From positions 1 through 49,359 of the forward strand of contig JBFMCE010000012.1 of NCBI GenBank assembly GCA_040754655.1: a stretch of DNA of 49,359 nt, given 5' to 3'. Position numbers and translations under genes: made by a program. The notes under the pieces are model-generated. The model saw only the letters and a program-made list of their open reading frames with translations, searched no databases and was not told the origin of the DNA. Below, one piece after another: positions 20,138-29,575 of the stretch; position 1 is the first letter of the stretch, and each line of letters opens with the position of its first letter. Source of the DNA: Bdellovibrionota bacterium (GTDB lineage Bacteria; Bdellovibrionota; UBA1018; UBA923).

Positions 20138-21501
20138 CCTTCGCTCGGCACTTGTTTTGTCGCTGCAGACCATTCAGGCCCGGCTTGCGATTGCACTCGG
20201 CGTTTCGAAATAGTCGCCAAGAAAAACAGGGTCCCCAATAATGCCGCGGCGATGAAGAACAAGAAGCCGCCGTCCCAACCGTAGCGATCCACGACAATTC
20301 CTGTTCCGAGTCCTGAGGCAATTCCGCCCAAGTATCCAAAAAACCCCGTGAACCCGGTCGCAGTCGCCGCTGCTTGCCGAGGAGCAAGCTCTGCGGCGCA
20401 AAGCCCTACAAGCATTTGCGGGCCATAGACCAAGAACCCAACCGCGCTCAAAGCCAACGCATCGAGCATCGGATTGCCCGGTGGAATAATCCAAAACTCT
20501 ACGACCGCAAACACGAGCGCCGCCATGTAAAGCACGTTTACGATCGATCTACGGCCCTTGAAATACTTGTCTGAGAGCCAGCCTGCCAAGAACGCGCCCG
20601 CGATGCCCAAGAACTCAAACATCGCCGTTTTCATCGACGCCTTGGCGATCGTTGAGTGTTTGACCTCGACAAGGAAGGTTGGCGCCCAGTCCATCGCGCC
20701 ATAGCGCACGAGATAAACGAAAAAATTCGCCAGCGCCAAAAACCAAATTGCGCGGTTGCCCAGGACGTATTTGAACAAAATTTCTTTTGTAGAAGCTCCC
20801 TGTTCCACGACGATCTGATCCGGCTCAGGGTCATTCCGAAACTTCTCAACCGCTGGCAAACCCAGTGATTCGGGCGTATCACGCAGTCGGTTCATCAAGA
20901 ACCAAGCGCACACCAATGCGAGCGCCGCGGGAACATAGAAGCTAGAACGCCAGCCGTAGTGTTGAACGAGGTAGCCGCCTAAAATCAAAATCAATCCGCC
21001 GCCCACTTGGTGCGAGGTGTTCCAAATCGCCCATTTTGTGCCGCGTTCGTTTGCGCTGTACCAATGCGTGAGAAGCCTTGCGCAAGGAGGCCAGCCCATT
21101 CCCTGAAACCAACCGTTGAGGCCCCAAAAGATAGCGAACACGACGAGGGAGGAACTCATCCCGAAAAAAATATTGGTCAGCGCAGACAACAGCAGTCCCA
21201 CCGCCATGAAGTAGCGTGGGTTCGAGCGGTCTCCCCAGATCCCGTTCACGAATTTGCTCACACCGTATGTCAGGTACAGGACTGACCAGATCAAACCGAT
21301 CTCGGTTTTCGTGTAACTCAGCTCAGTAAGCATGGCCGGAGTGGCCGCCGAGAGGTTCTTGCGCACAAAATAAAAAACTGAATAGCCGACGAACATGGCG
21401 TACATCGTACGAAGCCGCCAATGCTTGTATTCAGATTCAATTTGTCGAGGGTTGGATAACGTTTTTTGGGGCGCCGGGGCCTTCATAAAGGTAAATTGCA
21501 C
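20134..21501 (-). CDS. MFS organophosphate transporter (GlpT/UhpC/PgtP family)
   Basis: YFVRKN, NGWFQGMGWPPC, WNTSHQVGG, RDTPESLGLP, VYGPQMLVG; RBS AGGAGG before GTG 21501. Confidence 0.92.
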   Translation of the reverse strand: MQFTFMKAPAPQKTLSNPRQIESEYKHWRLRTMYAMFVGYSVFYFVRKNLSAATPAMLTELSYTKTEIGLIWSVLYLTYGVSKFVNGIWGDRSNPRYFMAVGLLLSALTNIFFGMSSSLVVFAIFWGLNGWFQGMGWPPCARLLTHWYSANERGTKWAIWNTSHQVGGGLILILGGYLVQHYGWRSSFYVPAALALVCAWFLMNRLRDTPESLGLPAVEKFRNDPEPDQIVVEQGASTKEILFKYVLGNRAIWFLALANFFVYLVRYGAMDWAPTFLVEVKHSTIAKASMKTAMFEFLGIAGAFLAGWLSDKYFKGRRSIVNVLYMAALVFAVVEFWIIPPGNPMLDALALSAVGFLVYGPQMLVGLCAAELAPRQAAATATGFTGFFGYLGGIASGLGTGIVVDRYGWDGGFLFFIAAALLGTLFFLATISKRRVQSQAGPEWSAATKQVPSEG

Positions 21502-22867
21502 CTTGTTTTCCTCCTAGTCCGGTTTCCCCCTGTTTGGTCACATTGCTTTTAAACTTCATGGTCATGAGCGCTTCGCACTCTTTCGGTCCACGCCTTTTTT
21601 CTCGCTTCGCCTGAGCGCGCTCCTTCAAGATCTTCCTGCGCGCACTGGTGACGTTGTATAGCTTAGCCGCTCCCCAAGCGCCAGCTCCCGCTACCGTGAG
21701 GCGCGCGAGATTTCCCCAGGTCAAATCGATAGGACCCAACTCAAAAGCGAAGCTCCACAGTTTCAATTGCAGCGCATCCATGTGCAAAGCCGGAGTGCCG
21801 TGTTGAAACTGATCGATGACTGAAAGCGAATTGAAAACCAATGCAAGTAGCGCAAATGAAGCGAATGATTTCCACTGCCCCCATTTCTCGCCTTCCCATC
21901 TTTTTCTGGCCTTCTCGATTTGAAATTCGAATGGGAACCGGCTCTGCAGCCCAAGCGTGCTTGTTCCCAACGCATGAATCATGTCGCCCATAGGAGGGAC
22001 ATAAACTCCAGCGAACACGAACGCGACGTAACCCAAGAGCTGACGCGTGAATATCGACTGCGAGTATGACGTGAGCAAGTGGAAGAAAATCCCTTTCTCG
22101 AACTGTTTCGTCTCAAGATTGTAACTTCGGCCCTGACCCTTGAACCTGCTGTTTCCCTGCTGCCAGTAATCAAAGCCAATGCTGATGAGAGCGCCAAAAA
22201 GCGCTGGCGCCTCCCAATTGATGATCTTTCCTTCCGCGATCTTCGTCTTTAATGTTTGCTCGGTTACTTTGGCTAAAAAGGCAGCCTTGGCGAACGCTGT
22301 TGCCAGTTCAGCAGTCTTCATTCCGCGTGAGCGCTCAACCTTGAATTTGGTCCAGTTGACTCCGTTGGAAAGACGCAAGAGATCGCGAAGCACTGCGCCT
22401 GCGTTTCGAAAATGCTCCCTTAAAGTATGCGCATCGTAAGGGATACTCGCGCCCCGAGGGCGCTGAAACTGCAACCTTTCGTGAAACAGGGGCGCCTCAT
22501 TCGCATAAAGTTCGGCCTGTTCCTGAACCAGCCGATCGAACTGAGCGTCGCTCACGGTTTCAAACCGAACACTGATGCCAGCATTGTGCTTCCAACGCAT
22601 CCAGAGCTCAAGTTCCTCTGGAAAGATCTCTCCCTTGCGGTAGAACGTGATCTCAGTGACCTCAAGCCCAAATGCGCGAATTTCTTCCAAGCGCTGATCT
22701 ACGATGGCTTCAGACCAGGGAACGGTATCGATGATCGTAACAGGTTCTGGCTCAGCCGCTTTGGCTGCGAGGGAATGTTGTTTTAGGGCATCTGCACTTT
22801 CAGCAACGGCCGAAAACGCGCAAAGGCAGACCAAGACCCAGCAGATAAAGATGACTCTCAGATGCAC
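21437..22867 (-). CDS. Hypothetical exported protein with C-terminal hydrophobic helices
   Basis: 476-aa ORF, signal peptide (AVA), soluble N-terminal half, several hydrophobic segments in the C-terminal half. Confidence 0.7.
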   Translation of the reverse strand: MHLRVIFICWVLVCLCAFSAVAESADALKQHSLAAKAAEPEPVTIIDTVPWSEAIVDQRLEEIRAFGLEVTEITFYRKGEIFPEELELWMRWKHNAGISVRFETVSDAQFDRLVQEQAELYANEAPLFHERLQFQRPRGASIPYDAHTLREHFRNAGAVLRDLLRLSNGVNWTKFKVERSRGMKTAELATAFAKAAFLAKVTEQTLKTKIAEGKIINWEAPALFGALISIGFDYWQQGNSRFKGQGRSYNLETKQFEKGIFFHLLTSYSQSIFTRQLLGYVAFVFAGVYVPPMGDMIHALGTSTLGLQSRFPFEFQIEKARKRWEGEKWGQWKSFASFALLALVFNSLSVIDQFQHGTPALHMDALQLKLWSFAFELGPIDLTWGNLARLTVAGAGAWGAAKLYNVTSARRKILKERAQAKREKRRGPKECEALMTMKFKSNVTKQGETGLGGKQGAIYLYEGPGAPKNVIQPSTN

Positions 22868-23001
22868 TCAAACTACCCTTAAGTATCGTTCTCTTATTCT
22901 CCACTAAACCGGTCGCCGAATTAAACATGAAGCAACGCATAACACAAGTGGTCTTATTTTAAACATTTGGTTACCCCCCTGATTTTCGCTACAGTATTGG
23001 T

Positions 23002-24237
23002 ATGAACGTTCATCCAAGCAGGTGGTTTCTTCTAAAAGCGCTTTTATTCATAGTTCTCATAAGTTTCACCAATTCCACTTGTTCTTGGACACGCTCTCGT
23101 CATGCCACTAATGTCGAAGACGACATTGAAGATGAAGTGATTGAAGAACGCGAAGGATGGACCGCTGCGAAGGTTGCATCTGATACCGACGGATCACCTC
23201 AAGATTACGCTCGTAGTGCACGCGTATTGTACCCTCATTTGCCACCCCTAAAACCTCACGAACTGCCACCACAACGCATTCACTCAGCTACAGACGACGA
23301 CAAAGCCGCTGAACTTTTTAATCAAGCGCTAAAAGAGCAAGAAGAAGCGGCTTACACCCGAGCTTCCGAGCTGTGGAAAACCTACGTCGGGCTCTACGCC
23401 GCGACTCCTGATTTCGAACGAGCGCAGTACAATCTCGCCTTAAGTTTGTTTCATTTGGGACGAACCAAGGAAGCTTATGATCCTCTAAAAAATATCCTGC
23501 ATTCCCCGAAAGATGGGCTTTTGGCAGTCGAAGCCCGTCTCTTGCTTGCCGAATGCCTCTTAAGAGACCGTAAACCCGACGAGGCTCTTGCCCTCACTTA
23601 CGAAATTTTTCCTAGCGCCCGGGCCGAAAAACAGGTGGGATTGAAGCGCTTTCGAAATGCGGTGGGCACCGAAGCTTCGAAAGTAAAACCGACCTTGCCA
23701 CAAGAGGTGCGGCTTTTAGTCTTGAGAGCCAGGGTTTTTGCATCCCTGAAAGATCAAGTTCGTGCGACTGAGGCCTTGAACCAAGCGCAAAACCGCATCA
23801 ACCAACTCTCTAAACTTGAGTCAACCGGCTCTGAATTGAAAACTCTAACCGCCCATTGGGCTTGGAGAAGCATTGAAGTGCTTGCGTTCAGGTGCGAACA
23901 AAAGTTTCCGGCGCCCGAGCGCCTTTCGGAAGCTGAATTTTTAGCATATGCTCAAGGCTATTATGGCTGCGTGAGTTCATCGAAGCGGCTTTACTGTAAA
24001 GTCGTCGAAGCAAAAGACGAGCAAATACGCACTCAGGCTGTGAGAACGTACCGCGCTCTGGCGGAAGCTCCCTTGAGATTGCGAAACCCTTTGCCGCCTC
24101 CGGCCAGGCGTGTTCAAAAACCTGAGCAGCGGGCTTATTATGAGCGTGAGATGACGGGACTGATTGAAAAGACAGTCGCAGACCATATTCGAGAGTACCG
24201 CAACCTCGACGCTTGCGGTGCCTATGAAATATTTTGA
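23002..24237 (+). CDS. Exported TPR-like protein (BamD/YbgF-like repeats)
   Basis: Signal/lipoprotein-like N-terminus; AQYNLALSLFHLG and ARLLLAECLL TPR-like units; several C-terminal Cys. Confidence 0.65.
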   Translation: MNVHPSRWFLLKALLFIVLISFTNSTCSWTRSRHATNVEDDIEDEVIEEREGWTAAKVASDTDGSPQDYARSARVLYPHLPPLKPHELPPQRIHSATDDDKAAELFNQALKEQEEAAYTRASELWKTYVGLYAATPDFERAQYNLALSLFHLGRTKEAYDPLKNILHSPKDGLLAVEARLLLAECLLRDRKPDEALALTYEIFPSARAEKQVGLKRFRNAVGTEASKVKPTLPQEVRLLVLRARVFASLKDQVRATEALNQAQNRINQLSKLESTGSELKTLTAHWAWRSIEVLAFRCEQKFPAPERLSEAEFLAYAQGYYGCVSSSKRLYCKVVEAKDEQIRTQAVRTYRALAEAPLRLRNPLPPPARRVQKPEQRAYYEREMTGLIEKTVADHIREYRNLDACGAYEIF

Positions 24238-24266
24238 GGGTGCTCTCCCTCTAAGGAAGTGTAGAA

Positions 24267-25535
24267 ATGGCAACTGCAACGATTGAGTGCGTTCGTTCTC
24301 ATCTAAAATCTTATCTTGCGACGAAAGACCAGCTTTTGCATTGGCTCGGCGAGCGCGCTCCCAGCCGGTTCGAACCCTTTTACTCTTCAATCGACATACG
24401 CGACGCGGGCTTCAAGCTCGCACCGGTGGACGCCAACCTTTATCCAGCCGGATTCAACAATATCTGCTCTGAAGATCTTGAGCATTCTACTGAGCTCTTG
24501 AAACCCTTGCTCAAGCGCCATCTGGGATTTCTTCCCAAACGCGTCGCCATTTTGCCCGAGTTGCATACCCGCAATCATTTTTACGTCGACAACCTTTATG
24601 AGCTGCGCCAACTCTTCCGTCGCATTGGAATTGAAACTGAGATCGGCTGGCTACCGGAAGACACTCAAAGCTCTAAAGATCCTGTCGAACTGCAAACTAC
24701 AGATGAACGCAAGGTGCTTGCTCACCCATTTTCGCGGAAAGAGGACAAACTGGTTTTTGCACCGTTTGAGCCTGAGTTCATCTTGTTGAACAATGACTTT
24801 TCCTCAGGATTGCCCGAGATCTTAAAACGACTCTCGCAACCCATCGAACCTTCCCCCAAAATGGGCTGGCACTCGCGAAAAAAGAGCGACTTCTTCGTGC
24901 ATTACAACAAACTTGCCGGCGAACTCGCCGAGGCCGCGGGTTGCGATGCTTGGCACGTTCAAGTCACTACCCAACTCGTCGAGGGGGTCGACTTTCAGGC
25001 ACACTTGGGAATGGACCGCATCGCACGAGCCGTCGACGCAACGCTTGAACAAATGCGATCAGAATATGCGAAGAGGAATATTCAGGAAGAGCCGTTTGTT
25101 TTCGTAAAAAATAACGCGGGCACTTACGGAATGGGAATCTTGCGTGTGCAATCTGGCAAAGAGCTTTTGGAACTTAATCGCCGTGAACGCAATAAAATGG
25201 CGGTCGGCAAGAACCAACTTCAAGTGCATGATGTGATCGTTCAAGAAGGAATTCCCACCCGGTTCCAGCTCGACGGCGTCTATTCAGAGCCCGTCATTTA
25301 TCTTTTAGGACATGACCTGCTTGGGGGATTCTTGAGAAAAAACCCCTCGAGGGGCAAAGTCGACAACCTCAACAGCAGAGGCATGGTTTTTCAGAAGCTC
25401 TGCATAGCCGACCTCAAACACGGCGCAGACCGCGACCTTGAACTTGAGATGGTCTATGGCACGATTGCGCAACTTTCGGCTTCAGCGATCAGCCTTGAGA
25501 TCGAAGGCGTCGAGGGTCTTTCTTCCAGGTCATAA
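24267..25535 (+). CDS. gshA: Glutamate--cysteine ligase (GshA family)
   Basis: PFYSSIDIRDAGFKLAPVDANLYPAGFNN, PELHTRN..Y, LLNNDFS, GWHSRKKS, VKNNAGTYGMG, NLNSRGM. Confidence 0.92.
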   Translation: MATATIECVRSHLKSYLATKDQLLHWLGERAPSRFEPFYSSIDIRDAGFKLAPVDANLYPAGFNNICSEDLEHSTELLKPLLKRHLGFLPKRVAILPELHTRNHFYVDNLYELRQLFRRIGIETEIGWLPEDTQSSKDPVELQTTDERKVLAHPFSRKEDKLVFAPFEPEFILLNNDFSSGLPEILKRLSQPIEPSPKMGWHSRKKSDFFVHYNKLAGELAEAAGCDAWHVQVTTQLVEGVDFQAHLGMDRIARAVDATLEQMRSEYAKRNIQEEPFVFVKNNAGTYGMGILRVQSGKELLELNRRERNKMAVGKNQLQVHDVIVQEGIPTRFQLDGVYSEPVIYLLGHDLLGGFLRKNPSRGKVDNLNSRGMVFQKLCIADLKHGADRDLELEMVYGTIAQLSASAISLEIEGVEGLSSRS

Positions 25536-25593
25536 GCTTCTTGCGAAGTTTAAACAAGACCGGTACTCCTTTGTGAAGATCCGGAGGCTTTCA

Positions 25594-26973
25594 ATGTCTA
25601 ATATCCATGGAAACGTCCTGAACATGATTGGCAACACCCCATTGGTAAAACTGAATAAGGTTTGCCAAGGCATCGAATCCGATATCGTTGCGAAGTGCGA
25701 GTTCACGAACCCGGGAGGTTCAGTGAAAGATCGCATCGGGATCGCGATGATCGAAGACGCCGAGCAACGAGGGACACTCAAGCCCGGCGGAACCATTGTT
25801 GAAGGCACGAGCGGAAATACCGGAATGGGCCTGGCGATCGCTGCTGCCGTCAAAGGTTACAAGTGCGTGTTCGTCATGCCTGACAAGATGTCGTCCGAAA
25901 AAATCCGTAATCTGCGGGCCTTTGGCGCGAAGGTTGTGATCACTCCGACAGCGGTAGAGCCCGATGATCCACGGTCCTATTACATGGTCAGTCGACGCCT
26001 TGCCCAAGAGACGCCAAACTCGATTTACATGAACCAATACGACAACCTTTCGAACAGAGAGGCTCACTATAAAACCACGGGACCCGAACTTTGGAACCAG
26101 ACGAACGGGAAAATCGATGCGTTTGTCGCGGGAATGGGAACCGGAGGAACCATCACCGGTGCCGCGATGTACCTCAAAGAGAAAAGCAAGAACGTTCAAA
26201 TCGTCGGAGTCGATCCGATCGGATCGATCCTTCACGATTACTTTAAGACAGGCAAAATGGTGCCCGCACACACCTATAAAATTGAAGGGATCGGCGAAGA
26301 CATCATTCCGCAGAACTACGACTTCAAGTTCATCGATGACATCATGCAAGTCACAGACAAAGAATCTTTTCAAATGACCCGAAAGCTCTTGTTGCAAGAG
26401 GGGCTCTTCGTGGGGATTTCCGCAGGAGCAGCGGTCTGCGGCGCAATCAAGTACGCACGCAAGGTGAAAGGCAAGAAGTTGATCGTGGTCCTTTTGCCAG
26501 ATTCAGGCAACCGTTACCTGTCGAAGGTTTTTGACGACGATTGGATGCGAGAAAACGGGTTCCTCGAAGAGGGACTTGGAAGCGTGCGCGATCTGATTTC
26601 AGTGGTTCAACCGCCGTCCCGCTCAGCGATCGTCACGGCGAACGCAGACGACCAGGTCGAAAAGATCATTCACCTGATGCGCGAAAAAGGCATCAGCCAG
26701 ATCCCGGTCGTAAAAGGATCTGAGATTTCGGGATTGGTCTCTGAAAACAATCTCTTGAATGCTCTCTATGTCGGTAAGGTGAAGAACACCGACAAAGTGG
26801 GACCCATTGCCGAGGCTTCCTTTGTGACCGTCTCGCTCGATGATGATATCGAGCGCGTAAGTCAATCGGTTGCAGCCGGTCTCACTCCTATTGTGCGCGA
26901 AAATGGATCGATCCTCGCCATCATCTCGAAGATTGATCTCATCACCTATTTGGGAAGCCGTAAGAAACTCTAA
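25594..26973 (+). CDS. cbs: Cystathionine beta-synthase (PLP domain plus CBS pair)
   Basis: IGNTPLV, NPGGSVKDR, TSGNTG, GMGTGGT, YKIEGIGED, PDSGNRYLSK..DDWM, C-terminal CBS domains; RBS GGAGG before ATG 25594. Confidence 0.92.
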   Translation: MSNIHGNVLNMIGNTPLVKLNKVCQGIESDIVAKCEFTNPGGSVKDRIGIAMIEDAEQRGTLKPGGTIVEGTSGNTGMGLAIAAAVKGYKCVFVMPDKMSSEKIRNLRAFGAKVVITPTAVEPDDPRSYYMVSRRLAQETPNSIYMNQYDNLSNREAHYKTTGPELWNQTNGKIDAFVAGMGTGGTITGAAMYLKEKSKNVQIVGVDPIGSILHDYFKTGKMVPAHTYKIEGIGEDIIPQNYDFKFIDDIMQVTDKESFQMTRKLLLQEGLFVGISAGAAVCGAIKYARKVKGKKLIVVLLPDSGNRYLSKVFDDDWMRENGFLEEGLGSVRDLISVVQPPSRSAIVTANADDQVEKIIHLMREKGISQIPVVKGSEISGLVSENNLLNALYVGKVKNTDKVGPIAEASFVTVSLDDDIERVSQSVAAGLTPIVRENGSILAIISKIDLITYLGSRKKL

Positions 26974-27009
26974 CGAGCCCCAACCCACGCCTTGATTTGG
27001 AGATTTTCT

Positions 27010-28176
27010 ATGAGCAAAGAAACGCCTTCTACTTTCGGATTTGGAACCAAAGCGATCCATGCCGGTCAACAACCCGACCCCGCGACTGGCGCCGTGATGA
27101 CGCCGATCTATCTCACATCAACTTATGCGCAGGAGTCTCCTGGCAAGCATCGCGGCTTCGAATACTCTCGAACGCACAATCCGACGCGCAATGCCCTGCA
27201 AGATTGCGTCGCTTCCCTGGAATCAGGCAAGTACGGACTGGCATTCGCGTCAGGTTGCGGAGCTCTGACTACTTTGATGCACACCTTGAAATCAGGCGAT
27301 CACATCGTGTGTTCAGATGATGTTTACGGCGGGACTTTCAGGATTTTTGACAAGATTTTTCGGAATCTAGGCCTTGAGTTCACTTATGTCGATATGAGCG
27401 ATCTCAAAAAAACGGAAGACGCCTTTCGCCCCAGCACCAAGCTTGTGTGGGTCGAAAGCCCAACGAATCCCCTGCTGAAGGTCGCGGACATCGCCGAAAT
27501 CTCTCGTTTGGCGCACAAGAAGGGCGCTTTAGTCGGCGTAGACAATACTTTCATGAGCCCATACTTCCAAAAGCCTTTAGAGCTCGGCGCAGATCTTGTT
27601 TTGCACTCGGGCACGAAGTACCTCAATGGCCATAGCGACGTGGTTTGCGGACTTGTGGTGGCCAATGACAAAACCTTGTCGGAAAAGCTTTATTTCCATC
27701 AAAATGCGGCCGGAGCGGTTTTGGGTGCGATGGATTCCTTCTTGGTGCTCAGAGGATTGAAGACCCTTCATCTCAGGATGAAAAAACACGAAGAGAACGC
27801 CACGATCTTGGCGAGATGGCTGGAGAAGCATCCTAAAGTCGAGAAGGTTCTGTATCCGGGCCTTGAATCGCACCCACAACACAAGATCGCGGCGAAACAA
27901 ACTTCTGGGCATGGAGGAATGATCACCTTTTTCATCAAGGGCGATCTTCAGGCCTGCAGAAGGTTCTTGGAAGCTTGCCGACTATTCACTCTGGCTGAAA
28001 GTTTGGGCGGAGTGGAATCGCTTGTAGACCATCCGGCCATCATGACACACGCATCGATCCCGGCGGAAACACGCCGAGCGCTTGGGATTTCAGACAGCTT
28101 GGTTCGATTGTCAGTGGGAGTTGAAGATGTCGCGGACCTTGAGAGAGATTTGAAGAACGCGCTAGAGCAGGTTTAG
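27010..28176 (+). CDS. Cystathionine gamma-lyase/synthase (Cys/Met metabolism PLP enzyme)
   Basis: EYSRTHNPTR, DVYGGT, ESPTNP, VDNTF, HSGTKYLNGHSD, AESLGGVESL, RLSVGVED. Confidence 0.93.
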   Translation: MSKETPSTFGFGTKAIHAGQQPDPATGAVMTPIYLTSTYAQESPGKHRGFEYSRTHNPTRNALQDCVASLESGKYGLAFASGCGALTTLMHTLKSGDHIVCSDDVYGGTFRIFDKIFRNLGLEFTYVDMSDLKKTEDAFRPSTKLVWVESPTNPLLKVADIAEISRLAHKKGALVGVDNTFMSPYFQKPLELGADLVLHSGTKYLNGHSDVVCGLVVANDKTLSEKLYFHQNAAGAVLGAMDSFLVLRGLKTLHLRMKKHEENATILARWLEKHPKVEKVLYPGLESHPQHKIAAKQTSGHGGMITFFIKGDLQACRRFLEACRLFTLAESLGGVESLVDHPAIMTHASIPAETRRALGISDSLVRLSVGVEDVADLERDLKNALEQV

Positions 28177-28178
28177 TC

Positions 28179-28244
28179 ACAGTCTGGCAGCTCACCGAAA
28201 TCTGCTTTGAAAACGCAGCAGACTACAGCGAGCCGCCAGACTGT
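28179..28244 (-). terminator. Long stem-loop between convergent cgl and the Lys-rich micro-ORF
   Basis: On the minus strand a 19-bp outer stem (three G-U pairs) plus an inner TCTGCT/AGCAGA stem; no clear U-tract on the minus strand. Confidence 0.6.
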
Positions 28245-28251
28245 TTAAGCA

Positions 28252-28296
28252 TTATTTCTTCTTTGCCTTTTTCTTTGCTTTTTTCTTTTTAGCCAT
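28252..28296 (-). CDS. Putative 14-aa lysine-rich microprotein MAKKKKAKKKAKKK
   Basis: ATG GCT AAA AAG AAA AAA GCA AAG AAA AAG GCA AAG AAG AAA TAA; RBS AAAGGGGG 8 nt upstream; synonymous AAA/AAG mixing; 3' hairpin. Confidence 0.65.
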   Translation of the reverse strand: MAKKKKAKKKAKKK

Positions 28297-28432
28297 GGGT
28301 ATGTCCCCCTTTCTCTTCATTGCAAACCCTATATTTTTAGTTATGCGGCAACATTCTATGAGATGCAAATGGTTTTTACTCTTGAAATGAGAGGGTCACG
28401 GTTTTGCTTGCTTTCGCGTGAATTCTATTTTC

Positions 28433-29575
28433 CTATTTCGCAAGTCGCATCATTCGTTTTTCAACGTCAATGACCATGACTGAACAATCTTGATTTGGCA
28501 TATCATCGTCGGATGAAAATTTTGATTTGATCGAAAACGCAAATTGATTGATCAGCTCAATGGCTTCTTCTTTGAGGGAACGGTCGAAAATTTGATTGAG
28601 ACGGCTCTTGTCCTCAAACGCCTCGGCGAATCCATCGCTGAACAAGACCATGCGATCCCCCGGATTCAACACAATAGTTTGATCCCTTAACTCTGGCTTT
28701 ACATTTTTAACGAATGCCGCCGTCTTCGAGCTGAGATCGCGAGGCTTATGCGCATCGCCTTGGTGAATGAACTGGATCGTCCCGCCGCTAGTGTACTTGA
28801 GTTCGAAGGTTTTACGATTCAAGATTCCATAAAACAACGAAAGATTCTCCGTAGGCTTCATCGTTAGTTGAAGTTCTTCAAAGATCTTCTTTACCGTCGC
28901 GCTAGGGCTGCGCGCCTCTTCCTTCGAAAGTTTCAAGGCCAGCTTCAACACTACCGACATGAACGCGGATGAAAGCCCGTATCCGCTGGAATCACTCATC
29001 AAGATTCCTACATGCATATTGTCTTCGAATTCAAAAAAATCAAGATAGTCGCCGCCGCTCTTGAGGCCGCTCAGATACTTGTGAGTCACTTTCAGCCCGT
29101 GAACGGCATTGAACTTCTCAGGAATCAGCGTTTTTTGAACGGCACGCGTCGTACGCAAGTCTTCTTCGAACTTCTCGATCAATTGTTTGAGGTTCACATT
29201 CACCGACGCGACCTCATGAACGCGGCTCAAGTGCGCAGCATGTTTTATCTTGCTCAGCAACTCGACAGGGCGAATCGGAACGAGCAACAAATCATCAACA
29301 AAGCCACGTGCAAGAGACTCGGGCACGTGATCGCCTATACGTTTTTCTTCTTCGACCAGGATCGTGTAAGCGGCTTGGGCTGTCAGGGCCTCGATCAATT
29401 GCTCAAACTTCGGCCATGCGCCATCAACGATGGCGATATGGATGGCGGGCGGAATGAATTGCCCATCCGCCTTGAGGATATGGCGAACCTCAGCCAACTC
29501 ATTCGGGATGATGCGTCTGATGCGGCCAAACAACTCACTTGACTCGGTGAAAACAGCGATCTTCTGATAAATCAT
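28433..29575 (-). CDS. SpoIIE/RsbU-type PP2C phosphatase with degenerate N-terminal receiver-like domain
   Basis: AVQKTLIP, SGGDYLD, SDSSGYG, LNPGDRMVLFSDG, QDCSVMVI. Confidence 0.85.
   Translation of the reverse strand: MIYQKIAVFTESSELFGRIRRIIPNELAEVRHILKADGQFIPPAIHIAIVDGAWPKFEQLIEALTAQAAYTILVEEEKRIGDHVPESLARGFVDDLLLVPIRPVELLSKIKHAAHLSRVHEVASVNVNLKQLIEKFEEDLRTTRAVQKTLIPEKFNAVHGLKVTHKYLSGLKSGGDYLDFFEFEDNMHVGILMSDSSGYGLSSAFMSVVLKLALKLSKEEARSPSATVKKIFEELQLTMKPTENLSLFYGILNRKTFELKYTSGGTIQFIHQGDAHKPRDLSSKTAAFVKNVKPELRDQTIVLNPGDRMVLFSDGFAEAFEDKSRLNQIFDRSLKEEAIELINQFAFSIKSKFSSDDDMPNQDCSVMVIDVEKRMMRLAK

Noticed and set aside
25720..26397. Long antisense ORFs (e.g. 225 aa opposite cbs, 206 aa at 17348-17968, 176 aa at 29012-29542)
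   Set aside because: They are shadows of well-supported genes on the opposite strand and have no motifs of their own.
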